Of a stretch of DNA of 64,000 bases, positions 11,332-20,965 are shown in pieces. The notes below the pieces were generated by a model that did no database searches, had not been told where the DNA came from, and saw nothing but the letters and a program-made list of their open reading frames with translations. The stretch spans positions 181,358-245,357 of the forward strand of contig VRVR01000034.1 of assembly GCA_009859145.1 (NCBI GenBank), read 5' to 3'. Each line of letters opens with the position of its first letter. Positions within the stretch are counted from its first letter, which is position 1. A program made the position numbers and the translations under genes. The stretch is from Andalucia godoyi And28. Its lineage: Eukaryota > Protista > Jakobida.

Positions 11332-11744
11332 GCTTTGAATGACGCTGCATGCAGGCGTCGCAATCGAAAGTTGCAATTGCGTTGTGCACAGCAGGAATCC
11401 TCTTTTTTTGGGACATGTATCCATTCTCCGACTCTCTTTGTGAAGAAGACCGGTCTTTTTGTTTTTCCGCCGATTTTTATTGTACTCCAGTCATTTTCCC
11501 CTTTTCCTTGTCCTCACCGCAATCTCGTCTTATTTTTCACGCCACCAACCGTTTGTTTTGGACCGTCTGTCAGACATCGTTCGTACGGACGTCAGAGCAG
11601 AACATCTGCCCGAGAGAAGTCACAAGCCTGGAGGGCACAGAGCGTCCAACGCAGTCCTTTGGGTTGTTTGTTTTGTGTTCTCCTGTCGCTGCGAATCTCT
11701 TCCGAAAGTCTTTTTTTGCGATTCGCATGCTCTTACCCAGTCAG

Positions 11745-12578
11745 ATGGAGCAGGACAATGCGACGTCCGCAACACAGTGCTTTGCGGAGTCGGAAGCGGA
11801 GGGAAAATCCCGACACGGTGACATGCTCTACGATGCCGTATTGAATCATATCGCATCAAATGTATGTCGAATTTCGTTTACCGGTATGACATCGCTACTG
11901 TATACCAGTAGGATTCAAAGTTTGATAATCTTCTCAGCCCGTGAAAAGCCGCTTACTCTGAATCCCTAGGTGAAACTGGGCCCGTTCCTCGCAACATCGG
12001 GAGTTGTGCTTCCGTACTACTTAAACTTGCAGACAAATTTTCTTGATAAGAAGGTTGCGTCGCGCATTGTCAAGATGCTGGAAACCGAGATCCTTGAGAA
12101 GTTCAGTTCTCTTGGGCATGTCTGTCTGTTCGGGATGGAGGTTGCCGGAGGTGTGCTCGTTTCTCAGCTTGCTGCTTCTGTAAGCAGCCCCCTGCATTCC
12201 TGGTGCGATTTTTGTTATGTGCGGAAATCTCGCAAGTCGACTGGGACACAGCAGCAGCTTGAAGGTCCCAAGGAACTCACAGAAAGGACGTCTTTTTCAC
12301 CAGCAATAAAGGGAATCTGGTTGGATGACACCTTGAGCACCGGCTCTTCGCTTCTCGAAGGAGTGCGACTACTCAAAAGAGACTACAATGTTGAAGTCGT
12401 TGGGGCCGTTTATCTTGTGGATCGTGATCGAGATCGTGCATCACTTCCGTTGGAGAGACAGTGGCTGCTCCACAAAGAAGTTGAACATGTCGTAATTGCT
12501 GCGGTGTATTCGCTGGAGCAGATTGATGCGCTGGTTCCGAAAACACCCGCAGATGATGTAAACGCCTCTCATTCTTGA
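11745..12578 (+). CDS. Orotate phosphoribosyltransferase-like protein, stand-alone, two exons (11745 or 11727 to 11861; 11970-12578)
   Basis: N|VKLGPFLATSGVVLPYYLNL start, YVRKSRKSTGT flexible loop and WLDDTLSTGSS PRPP-binding motif. The ORF-track stop at 11967-11969 is the TAG acceptor. Confidence 0.8.
11862..11969 (+). other. Spliceosomal intron (108 nt, phase 0)
   Basis: GTATGT donor directly after codon AAT and CCCTAG acceptor directly before GTG AAA. It joins two same-frame ORFs. Confidence 0.75.
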
Positions 12579-12777
12579 GTTTTTACCGAGAATGCTGCGC
12601 ATCCATTCATTGAATGCCCAAATGCTCTCGCCACTCGTGCCGCATGCCCCCCAGAAGCTGAAACCAACACGAAGCACGAAGCACGAAAAAGCTCCCGTAG
12701 ATGCCGCTGTCACTCAAGTTTCTCCGATTCCGAAACACAAGCCAGTCTAAGCAATCTGCTGGCGAGAAACGAGAAGA

Positions 12778-15700
12778 ATGAAAACAACAACGTGCACAAT
12801 TCAAAAGGATTATCGTTTACTTTATTTGACTTGCGTCGACAGAAAAAGATTCATGAACCCAGAAACAAGCGATTCCGAATGGAATCTCTTGTATCCCGAA
12901 CTAACCAACTTGACCAAAGCAGCTCGAGAGTCCTTTTCCGAGGAATTTCAGCGGCATTCGCATCATGCAAAGCTGAAAGTGCCGAAGATCCCTGTTGAGG
13001 TACTGCTGAGCGTTCTTGCGTCCCTACATCCGTCCGCTTCTGCGCCGAAGAACAGCATCACCGGGATTTCGGCCGTGTCTTCCAGAACAGACTGCTGTGC
13101 CACATGCGCGGAGCAGTATTCAGCAGCGTTTCCGTTAAACTTCCGACACTGCGGACTGTGCCGCCGAACGTTCTGTCGACGGTGCCTTGTCGTTCCTGTT
13201 TTTTCTGAATTTTGGGGGGCGTCTCTTCGTCAAAGTGATGTTCCCGAGTGCTGTCACACTTGTTATTCCCTACTGCATTCAATCCCGGAACAGACATCCG
13301 GCCCGCAATTTGGCTCTCTATCGGACGACGAGTTTGCAAAGCTTCCAAAGCGGGAAAGAATCAGTCATAGAATGATGGATGCCCTGTTCAGCAGAATGAA
13401 ATGGTCAAAGGAGACAAACGACTTAAAGTCGCTGTTGTTGTCCCATATTCGACGACACCATACAGCAGAGCCTTCGGCTCTCTATGTTGAAAGCTTACTG
13501 AGGAATTATGCAAAAGGAGATCTTCCGGATCGCTCCGCGTTGTCACCCAGCAGCTCGATATCCTTTCTTCCTTCCACATCGCGATCGGAGAATCCATTTG
13601 CAGCTTATGCATCGCAGACAAAGAGACACCGGTATGATGCGTTGTTCGTCCGTGAGAATCCCTTTCATCACGGTCGCCGACAGCCGGTGCCTGACTTGGC
13701 GTCTTCTGAGGCAACCGATTTTCCACGACTTCCCTTCCCTCCTGTTCATCGCTCTCTGTTGCATAGGGCACTTGTAGATTTTTGCCGGCTCACATGCGTG
13801 TCTCTCCAAGATGCAGGCTTAGGCCTAGATATGGACTTTCTTCGTACGTCCAGCCGAGTTGTTTGGAGCGTGACAGCAAGTGCTGCCATTGCGTCTGATT
13901 CGCAGATTATTATCAAGGATGCTACTGGACACGTTGACTGGCGGTCTTCTGTGAAAGCAAAGCTTGTTGATGATCACACATTCTCGATTGCTTGCTCGGC
14001 GTATCATGAGAACTTATACAGCGATGCAGAATCAAGATTCAAGGAACAGGGAGATCGCTTTACGTCGATGGTACTGCTTCCGGGGGTTGCATTTTCAGGG
14101 CGTGTGTCGTACAAGACAATGCCGTCTCTCGTCGAATCCCCCCGGATATTGTTGTTATCTTTTCCTCTGGTGTACGAGTTTCTCTCCGATGAACCGATGG
14201 ATCATTCTTCGAATGGCTTATATTCAAGTGTCGAAGATGTGTTAAAGCATAGTCCAGGAGTGTACAACACTGTTTCAGAGTGCATTGCTTCACTGTCGCC
14301 TTCTGTGTTGTTCGTTTCAGGACCTTGTTGCCGGGACATTAAAGATGCGCTGAATCGCAGGCACATCGCGGTCGTCGAATCTGTTTCTCCAGTCAATCTG
14401 CTGCGTCTTTCAGTCTTGACACAAGGCACGATTATCAATTCCAAACGAATGTTGGTGGAATCCGATTTAAAAGTGCTTGGTTTGGCATGCATGTTTCGGT
14501 CTTTAGGAAAAGTCATTTTCGTTGAGGGCTCGAACCACATCCACCGTCGAAGGTTATTTCCGGTGACGGTGCTTTCCAATTCATCCGTCTTGTGCACAAT
14601 CTTGATTCGGCGTCAATCAGACACCGATCTCAGGAAGACTGTTGTTCGGAGTATGGTCAGTCATGCCGGCGCCTCTATTGGAGAAATGCTGCTTCTGAAT
14701 GGCATAGGTGCTCGATATGCGAATGACTCCTCCCTTCTTGATCTTCGTACCGACGAAGATGGGTACAATTGGGCTGCATACTACGGTCTTCTCGCGGAAT
14801 CCTTTGGAAACGTGAAGCGGCCTGTTGAGTTGTTAACGACATATTACGTCAAGGAGGACCCAGATTCCGTTCGAGACGTTCTCCAGAAACCTGTCCGAAT
14901 GGCCTACTACACCGAGAACGACGCCAGTATCGGTTTATTCCTTTCACGGAGATTGCATAAGTACGCGCCTTTTCATCATGTGAAAAAGAGAACGTATTAT
15001 CACGATCTCCGGAGAATAGAAGTTTTGGTTGCTGAGTGGCAGACAGAGGTTCATTACAGTTGGGCAGTCGGGGATCGGCCGCTTTTGAGTACCATTGCGT
15101 CGTTCGGCAGGTTTCTGGAGCTGCTCTTCAATGATGAAGATATTCGAATAGGAGACGCATGCAGTCTGAAAGAGAAAACAAAATTCATTTTTACTTGTCG
15201 CCTGCATCCGAAGGCTGCTGTATTGATCTCCGTCTCTTATTTCTGCCCGTTTCGGTTGCGCATTCCTCCAATTGTTCTGGAGGCCTCAGCTGCTGAGTCA
15301 ATTGCTCGAATACAGCCCTTCGTCGTGACGCTGAGGGCCGTGTCAGAGTCTGTGTTTAGATCTACATTTCATGTTCTCGAGCGTTTTGTAGGCCATTCCA
15401 TTTCGCGCAAGGATCCTTCGATGGAATCTTACCTGAAGCAGTGTACACAAGAATGGATGTTTGAGACCCATGAATTTGGGAACATTCTTCACGATGTGAC
15501 GAATCGGGGCAGCATGTTTTTCTTGTGCTCGTTGTTCACCCACGTACATTTCCACATTTATCAGTGGAACAAGAGGTTTGAAGAGTGGTGGAGGTTTATT
15601 GCCAATCCATCTCGTGTGTCGACAGCTCCGTGGAGGAAGCAAGACAGAACAAATGCATCCAAAAGCATGCTCTATCCGAGTCCTGTTCAAGTAGACGCAA

Positions 15701-17700
15701 ACGAGGATCCGGAAAGCGCTCCTGATGTTTTCAAGGCCAGCGAACTTGGTCGACCCTCGAAGAGAAGGCTGTCACTTGACGATTCCGCGCTTTCAGTGTC
15801 GAGGAAGCGCAGGGGTTCGACATCCGATGCGCTCACTCCAGGGTCGTTTCGAAGCACTCCAGTACCTTTTGATACCTTGTTACAGCCAGTCGTCGCACCG
15901 CAAGAATGCGTTGTGCTTTCTTCGTTTGCGCCTGTTAATACTGGTGTCGTCGACGCACCTGGGGCAGCAGCTGCACTCCCTGTTCCTCGTTTGAAGCGGT
16001 CCACAACGATCTACATCCATTCTCCACTGGATAGGTCAACAATCCTAACAGATCTTCCACCGACATCACTCGATGCTGAGGAACGGCAGACAAGCTCGTC
16101 GAAGACTTCAGTCCACTTCGACGATGGTGCGCATTTTGTTGAGCCCAAACGGCAGAGTGAAAGGGTCGTAAATGAGACTGTGTTAGGGCCGGACGTTGTG
16201 GAGGAACGTGTCTCGGAATCGAATCGTGGCGTTGGAAATCGGTCCCCGGAAAGGCGGACAAAAGGAATGTCTGCAGACGACTTGTCTGTTGGGAAGCCGA
16301 GTGGCAAGCGTTTTGGATTTCCTTCTGAGGCGGCGTTGACCGCAAAAATGGTCGTTCCGATTCCGGACATTATCGGGTCAACCCTGTACGGCCTTCCGAA
16401 TGTTTTACCCTTGAATGCGCCTCCCACCAAGTATGTAGACCTGTCTCGCCGACGACTGTCCGTCGTTGCAGACGAACCTAGTTCTGCTATCGCGTATGTT
16501 CTGGCGAGCCCAGAATATCGTGACCGCATCAACAGCTGCGATCCGGATTCGAAATTCAAATTCAAATTCAGCGATTCTTCGTCAAAGTCTTTGCTTGAGG
16601 TGACTGTGTACAGCCCACTTGGATTCTTTCTGTTGCGTCAAAAGTGCATCTCTGCAGCGGGAAGCCTCAGTTTGACTCCCGAGTACGCCTCCGAGGAGAA
16701 TTTTATTCAGTCTCTTGTTCGGGGCATGCCGTTTTCTCCCACTGGAGGAAAGTCGAAGAGCAATTTCTACAAAACGTGGGATGACCGGTTTGTTTTGAAG
16801 GAGATCCAGACCGTTGAAATGGATTTTGCTCGTCAACCGCAGGCATACCTCGATTACATGGACCAAATCGTTTGCAAAAAACTACCGAGTGCTCTTGTCA
16901 AGATTGTTGGAGTGTATGCTGTCAAAGTTCTGATGGACGGCGACAAACATGCAGTCAAGCGCACGTTGTCCGCGGATGGCAGTGTTCTCGATCATTTCGA
17001 CCCTTCCAACGCTGGCAATTCCAGCGCGCCGAGTATTCGGGAAAAGACGGACAGCAGCAAACGGTACATCATGGTGATGGAGAACGTCTTTTATGACAGC
17101 TCAAAATCGCTGAGCAAGATTTACGACTTGAAAGGGTCAGAGAGGAACAGGTTTCAGAAGGATACGAACTCTGTTCAGCTCGATGAGAATTTGTTGTACG
17201 AGATCTATCGTGGCCGACCGTTGTTTATGGAAATCTGGTTTCATGACTTTTTGACGACTGCCCTGCGCAACGATACACTTTTTTTGTCCAATGCGTACGT
17301 AATGGACTATTCACTTCTGGTTGGTATCCGAAACCAGCACCACCAGACCGACGCTTTGCGATCTGCAGATCCGCCGACGTGTGTTGTTGGCATCATCGAT
17401 TATGTGCGGCTTTACACATTCGATAAGAAGGTGGAGTCTGCTGTTAAAGCCAGCGGCCTTGCAGGCGGCCAGAGGGGCAAGGCGCCTACTGTAATTGCGC
17501 CTCCCAACTATCGAAACCGGTTCCTGTCGGCCATGGAACGGTATTTTGCGGCGGTGCCCAACCGTTCTTCCGATGAGTCCATCGATTTTTATGGATTCAA
17601 ATTTGCTTCTGATTTGGAGGTTACCGATCTTGATGAATCTGACCCCAATGAAGTGTATTCTCCTGGAAGGAGCTCCTCCAGCCAATTCTCCCACGATTAA
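12778..17700 (+). CDS. FAB1: FAB1/PIKfyve-like phosphatidylinositol-3-phosphate 5-kinase
   Basis: N-terminal FYVE-like Cys cluster and central CCT-like region. C-terminal PIPK domain has GGKSKS, DDRFVLKEI, MDYSLLVG and GIIDYVRLYTFDKKVE. Confidence 0.9.
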   Translation: MKTTTCTIQKDYRLLYLTCVDRKRFMNPETSDSEWNLLYPELTNLTKAARESFSEEFQRHSHHAKLKVPKIPVEVLLSVLASLHPSASAPKNSITGISAVSSRTDCCATCAEQYSAAFPLNFRHCGLCRRTFCRRCLVVPVFSEFWGASLRQSDVPECCHTCYSLLHSIPEQTSGPQFGSLSDDEFAKLPKRERISHRMMDALFSRMKWSKETNDLKSLLLSHIRRHHTAEPSALYVESLLRNYAKGDLPDRSALSPSSSISFLPSTSRSENPFAAYASQTKRHRYDALFVRENPFHHGRRQPVPDLASSEATDFPRLPFPPVHRSLLHRALVDFCRLTCVSLQDAGLGLDMDFLRTSSRVVWSVTASAAIASDSQIIIKDATGHVDWRSSVKAKLVDDHTFSIACSAYHENLYSDAESRFKEQGDRFTSMVLLPGVAFSGRVSYKTMPSLVESPRILLLSFPLVYEFLSDEPMDHSSNGLYSSVEDVLKHSPGVYNTVSECIASLSPSVLFVSGPCCRDIKDALNRRHIAVVESVSPVNLLRLSVLTQGTIINSKRMLVESDLKVLGLACMFRSLGKVIFVEGSNHIHRRRLFPVTVLSNSSVLCTILIRRQSDTDLRKTVVRSMVSHAGASIGEMLLLNGIGARYANDSSLLDLRTDEDGYNWAAYYGLLAESFGNVKRPVELLTTYYVKEDPDSVRDVLQKPVRMAYYTENDASIGLFLSRRLHKYAPFHHVKKRTYYHDLRRIEVLVAEWQTEVHYSWAVGDRPLLSTIASFGRFLELLFNDEDIRIGDACSLKEKTKFIFTCRLHPKAAVLISVSYFCPFRLRIPPIVLEASAAESIARIQPFVVTLRAVSESVFRSTFHVLERFVGHSISRKDPSMESYLKQCTQEWMFETHEFGNILHDVTNRGSMFFLCSLFTHVHFHIYQWNKRFEEWWRFIANPSRVSTAPWRKQDRTNASKSMLYPSPVQVDANEDPESAPDVFKASELGRPSKRRLSLDDSALSVSRKRRGSTSDALTPGSFRSTPVPFDTLLQPVVAPQECVVLSSFAPVNTGVVDAPGAAAALPVPRLKRSTTIYIHSPLDRSTILTDLPPTSLDAEERQTSSSKTSVHFDDGAHFVEPKRQSERVVNETVLGPDVVEERVSESNRGVGNRSPERRTKGMSADDLSVGKPSGKRFGFPSEAALTAKMVVPIPDIIGSTLYGLPNVLPLNAPPTKYVDLSRRRLSVVADEPSSAIAYVLASPEYRDRINSCDPDSKFKFKFSDSSSKSLLEVTVYSPLGFFLLRQKCISAAGSLSLTPEYASEENFIQSLVRGMPFSPTGGKSKSNFYKTWDDRFVLKEIQTVEMDFARQPQAYLDYMDQIVCKKLPSALVKIVGVYAVKVLMDGDKHAVKRTLSADGSVLDHFDPSNAGNSSAPSIREKTDSSKRYIMVMENVFYDSSKSLSKIYDLKGSERNRFQKDTNSVQLDENLLYEIYRGRPLFMEIWFHDFLTTALRNDTLFLSNAYVMDYSLLVGIRNQHHQTDALRSADPPTCVVGIIDYVRLYTFDKKVESAVKASGLAGGQRGKAPTVIAPPNYRNRFLSAMERYFAAVPNRSSDESIDFYGFKFASDLEVTDLDESDPNEVYSPGRSSSSQFSHD

Positions 17701-18138
17701 ACGACACTCCAGGTTTCACTTCTCCTTCTTTTCCTCCTCTGCCTGCCAATATGAACATGTCCCGGCACATCAGCAGAGGAAACAGCGTTCTTGAGATACA
17801 TACTGCACTCACTCGCCATTCCCTGACCTCTTGCTAAAATTAAAAAACTGCTGTATTTCCATATCCCCCCCTTTTCTCCATCGCCCCCATCAAAAGTCCC
17901 ATTTCTTCCCCTTCTTTTCCCACATGGGAGGCTTTGGGGGCTTGGGCATTCAAGGAATCCAAACAACACACACGAATTCACACCCACACATTTCGAGTGT
18001 TTCCAGCGTCTTCTTTTTCGTTTCTTTTCATTTCCTCTTCTTCTACATATATATATATATATTAAAGAGAGAGAAAAAAAAAGAACAAGAAAAACAGACA
18101 GTAATATCCAGACATTATTTAGGTTGGAAAAAGAAATA

Positions 18139-19677
18139 ATGGAGGATCATCATCTGTTCGCCCCGGACCCATCGTTCCAGAATCTGACGTCGTTCAAAGC
18201 TCTTTTTGGACCTCTTGAAGAAGCGACTGCAAAGAAGTTTGCGCGATCGACGAAGATCATGATCACTGCCGGCCCTTCTTGCGTTGACTGCCTGCAGGAA
18301 CTCATTGATCGTGGACTGAACGCTATCCGGTTCAACATGGCCTACGAACTTTCCGAACATCAGCGTTTTCTGGATGCGCTTCGCAAGTGCCGAGGCTATG
18401 AAAATGTGTGTCTCGTGGCGGATTTGATGGGTCGTGGCATCCGAACTGGAAAAATGAAGAATCCGTCCGTGAAGCTCCACAAGGGCCAGAAGTTTACGCT
18501 TTGGCAGGACCAGTCCAGGATTGGCGACGAATGTGGAGTTTCGTTTTCGTTTCCGGAACTTCCTCGACTTGCTCGTGTTGGTGACAAGATCTTCCTAGCG
18601 AATGGTGCCGTTGCGCTGGATGTGGAGCGCGTGTCTCGCTCAGAAATCGAATGCCAAGTGATGCTTGATGGAGATCTGGAGGAGAATAAGGGAATCCAGA
18701 TCAGAAATGTCCGCTTGCCAGGTTCTGCAGTGTCTGCAAAGGACAAGACGGAGATTGAGTGGGTGATCAAGAACAAGTTTGACTACGTGGCGCTGTCCTT
18801 CATCAACGACGTCGATGATGTTCTGGAGATCAAATCATACATCAACAACCGTGGCCCTCGTGTGATCGCCAAGATCGAAACGAAGTCTGCTCTACAGAAC
18901 GTTTCGCACCTGATCGGAGCCGCCGACGCAATTCAGATCTCTCGTGGTGATTTGGCTGTTGCTGTTCAGGCGCGAGACTTGACGTCAGTCCAAAAGGATA
19001 TCATCAGGAGATGCAATCTTGCGGGAACGCCGGTGGTGCTTGCTTCGCAGCTGCTGACGACCATGGTTGCGAACCCGCGACCAACCCGCGCGGAATGTAC
19101 GGATTCCATGAACGCGGCTTTTGATGGTGTGGACTGTTTGCTCATGACAAACGAGACTGCAAAAGGAACGTATCCTGTGGATGCTTTCAAGACAATGGAT
19201 AGACTGCTCAAACAAGCCGACGCTTTCTTGTCCACATATGGCCATCAGCGCCCCGAGTTCGGTGTGCAGCTTAAGCACAATGCTCGTATGGACGGATTCA
19301 CTGTCGAGGAGGCAGTTGCTGCAGCGTCGGTCAACTTCGCGCGAGATCTTAAGATGCCTGGAATCATTACGTTGACGGAGTCGGGTCGCTCTGCGTTATA
19401 TGTCGCAAAGTATCGACCACCCTGTCCTGTGTTCTGCTGCACTCCAATCTATTCCACTGCCCGTCGTTTAGGAATTGTCAAGGGATGCCACACAATTTTG
19501 CTTCCAGAGTCTTTGCCGGAAGAATACGCGCTCAAGACTGTGGTGAACTTGTGTCGAAATGTTGGGGCTGTTCATCCTGGAGAGACGGTTGTGGTCACTC
19601 TTGGATCCCAGTACCGCCAATCCGGCGGCACTGACTGCATGTCTGTTGTTCATGTGGCCAAGGAAGCTGCGGAATAG
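18139..19677 (+). CDS. PYK: Pyruvate kinase, divergent
   Basis: TKI..T.GP, AKIE, RGDL, PRPTRAE, DG.DC...ETAKG.YP and TESGRSA...KYRP motifs. First ATG is at 18139. Confidence 0.9.
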   Translation: MEDHHLFAPDPSFQNLTSFKALFGPLEEATAKKFARSTKIMITAGPSCVDCLQELIDRGLNAIRFNMAYELSEHQRFLDALRKCRGYENVCLVADLMGRGIRTGKMKNPSVKLHKGQKFTLWQDQSRIGDECGVSFSFPELPRLARVGDKIFLANGAVALDVERVSRSEIECQVMLDGDLEENKGIQIRNVRLPGSAVSAKDKTEIEWVIKNKFDYVALSFINDVDDVLEIKSYINNRGPRVIAKIETKSALQNVSHLIGAADAIQISRGDLAVAVQARDLTSVQKDIIRRCNLAGTPVVLASQLLTTMVANPRPTRAECTDSMNAAFDGVDCLLMTNETAKGTYPVDAFKTMDRLLKQADAFLSTYGHQRPEFGVQLKHNARMDGFTVEEAVAAASVNFARDLKMPGIITLTESGRSALYVAKYRPPCPVFCCTPIYSTARRLGIVKGCHTILLPESLPEEYALKTVVNLCRNVGAVHPGETVVVTLGSQYRQSGGTDCMSVVHVAKEAAE

Positions 19678-20210
19678 CTCATTGCAGCAATTGGCAAGCG
19701 CCAACCGTGACGACTGGCTTGTCGCTCTTTCGCAGCATTATCCAGCGAGTTTGTCTTCCTCTTCTCTCTTTTTCTCATTGTATGTCTGTGCTTTCCGTGC
19801 GTCTCTCCTTTTTTTGGTTCTGTTGTTTTTCCTTGTCTTGCTAATAAAGTTCGCTTGCCCTCTCGCGCTCTCTCGCTCTCTCGCTCTCTCCGTGTCGAAA
19901 ACAGTCGTAAGAGAAAGAAACCTGTGCGATACGACCTCGAATGACGTAAGCACGAAGCTCAGCGGCTAATTATTGTCTCCAAAACTCGATGCGCTGCACG
20001 AAAGGGAAGGCCATCATCAGTCATCAGTCATTGCTAACCCTTTGGAGACAGGCTTCAAGTCTCTATGGATCGTGTCCTGGCCGCTGTCAGTGCATTTGCT
20101 CAACTTTGGTCTTTCGTGTTTCCCTTCTTTTGTTTTGTTTTGTTTTTTTCTCTTTTACTTTCCCCCTTCCTCGTTTGGATTGACCGTTGACTGTACCGAG
20201 TTTTTCAGAA

Positions 20211-20801
20211 ATGTCCAAGGCCGTTATCCAGAAGCCCGCCCCTCTTTTCAAAGCAACTGCCGTGGTTGATGGGCAGTTCAAGGAGGTTTCGCTTGATCAG
20301 TACCGTGGAAAGTACGTCGTGTTGCTGTTCTACCCGCTGGACTTCACCTTTGTTTGCCCGACCGAGATCATCGCGTTCTCCGAGGCTGCCGACGAGTTCC
20401 GCTCAATTGGTGCAGAGGTTCTCGCAATCTCTGTCGACTCGGAGTACACTCATCTTGCCTGGGTCTCGACTCCACGCAAGCAGGGTGGACTTGGAAACAT
20501 GAAGATCCCCCTTGTTGCCGACCTCACCAAGCAGATCTCGACCGACTATGGTGTTCTCATCCCCGAGGCTGGTGTTGCGCTGCGTGGACTCTTCATCATT
20601 GACGATAAGGGGGTTTTGCGTGCGTCGATTGTCCATGATCTTCCTGTTGGACGGTCTGTTGAAGAGACTCTTCGTGTCGTGAAGGCATTCCAGTACGTTG
20701 CAGTCCACGGAGAGGTCTGCCCTGCTGGATGGACTCCAGGCGCAAAGACCATGAAGGCCGATCCGACTGGATCAAAGGAATACTTTAGCACTGCAAACTA
20801 A
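20211..20801 (+). CDS. PRX: Typical 2-Cys peroxiredoxin (AhpC/TSA)
   Basis: [13 protein letters not shown] and GEVCPAGW catalytic motifs, plus GGLG and a C-terminal YF. ATG at 20211. Confidence 0.96.
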   Translation: MSKAVIQKPAPLFKATAVVDGQFKEVSLDQYRGKYVVLLFYPLDFTFVCPTEIIAFSEAADEFRSIGAEVLAISVDSEYTHLAWVSTPRKQGGLGNMKIPLVADLTKQISTDYGVLIPEAGVALRGLFIIDDKGVLRASIVHDLPVGRSVEETLRVVKAFQYVAVHGEVCPAGWTPGAKTMKADPTGSKEYFSTAN

Positions 20802-20965
20802 GCCGCGACGATCCCCATGTCCCATCGTTCTCGTGGTCTTGTTGTTGTCGTTCCGGGTTCCCCGTAATGAATAAAATACCATGTCTTGTCTTGTCGTATC
20901 TTGTGTGTTCTTGAGCAAAAAAAGCGTATGTTCATGTTACCGGTATAAAGTTTGCTGTCATTCTT

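Noticed and set aside
11349-11969. 206 aa ORF, and apparent stop-codon readthrough into the OPRT ORF
   Set aside because: Explained by an intron whose TAG acceptor is the apparent stop. The upstream part is probably non-coding.
19976-20210. Upstream exon adding a targeting peptide to the peroxiredoxin
   Set aside because: An acceptor-like TTTTTCAG precedes the ATG, but no convincing donor or in-frame exon was found.
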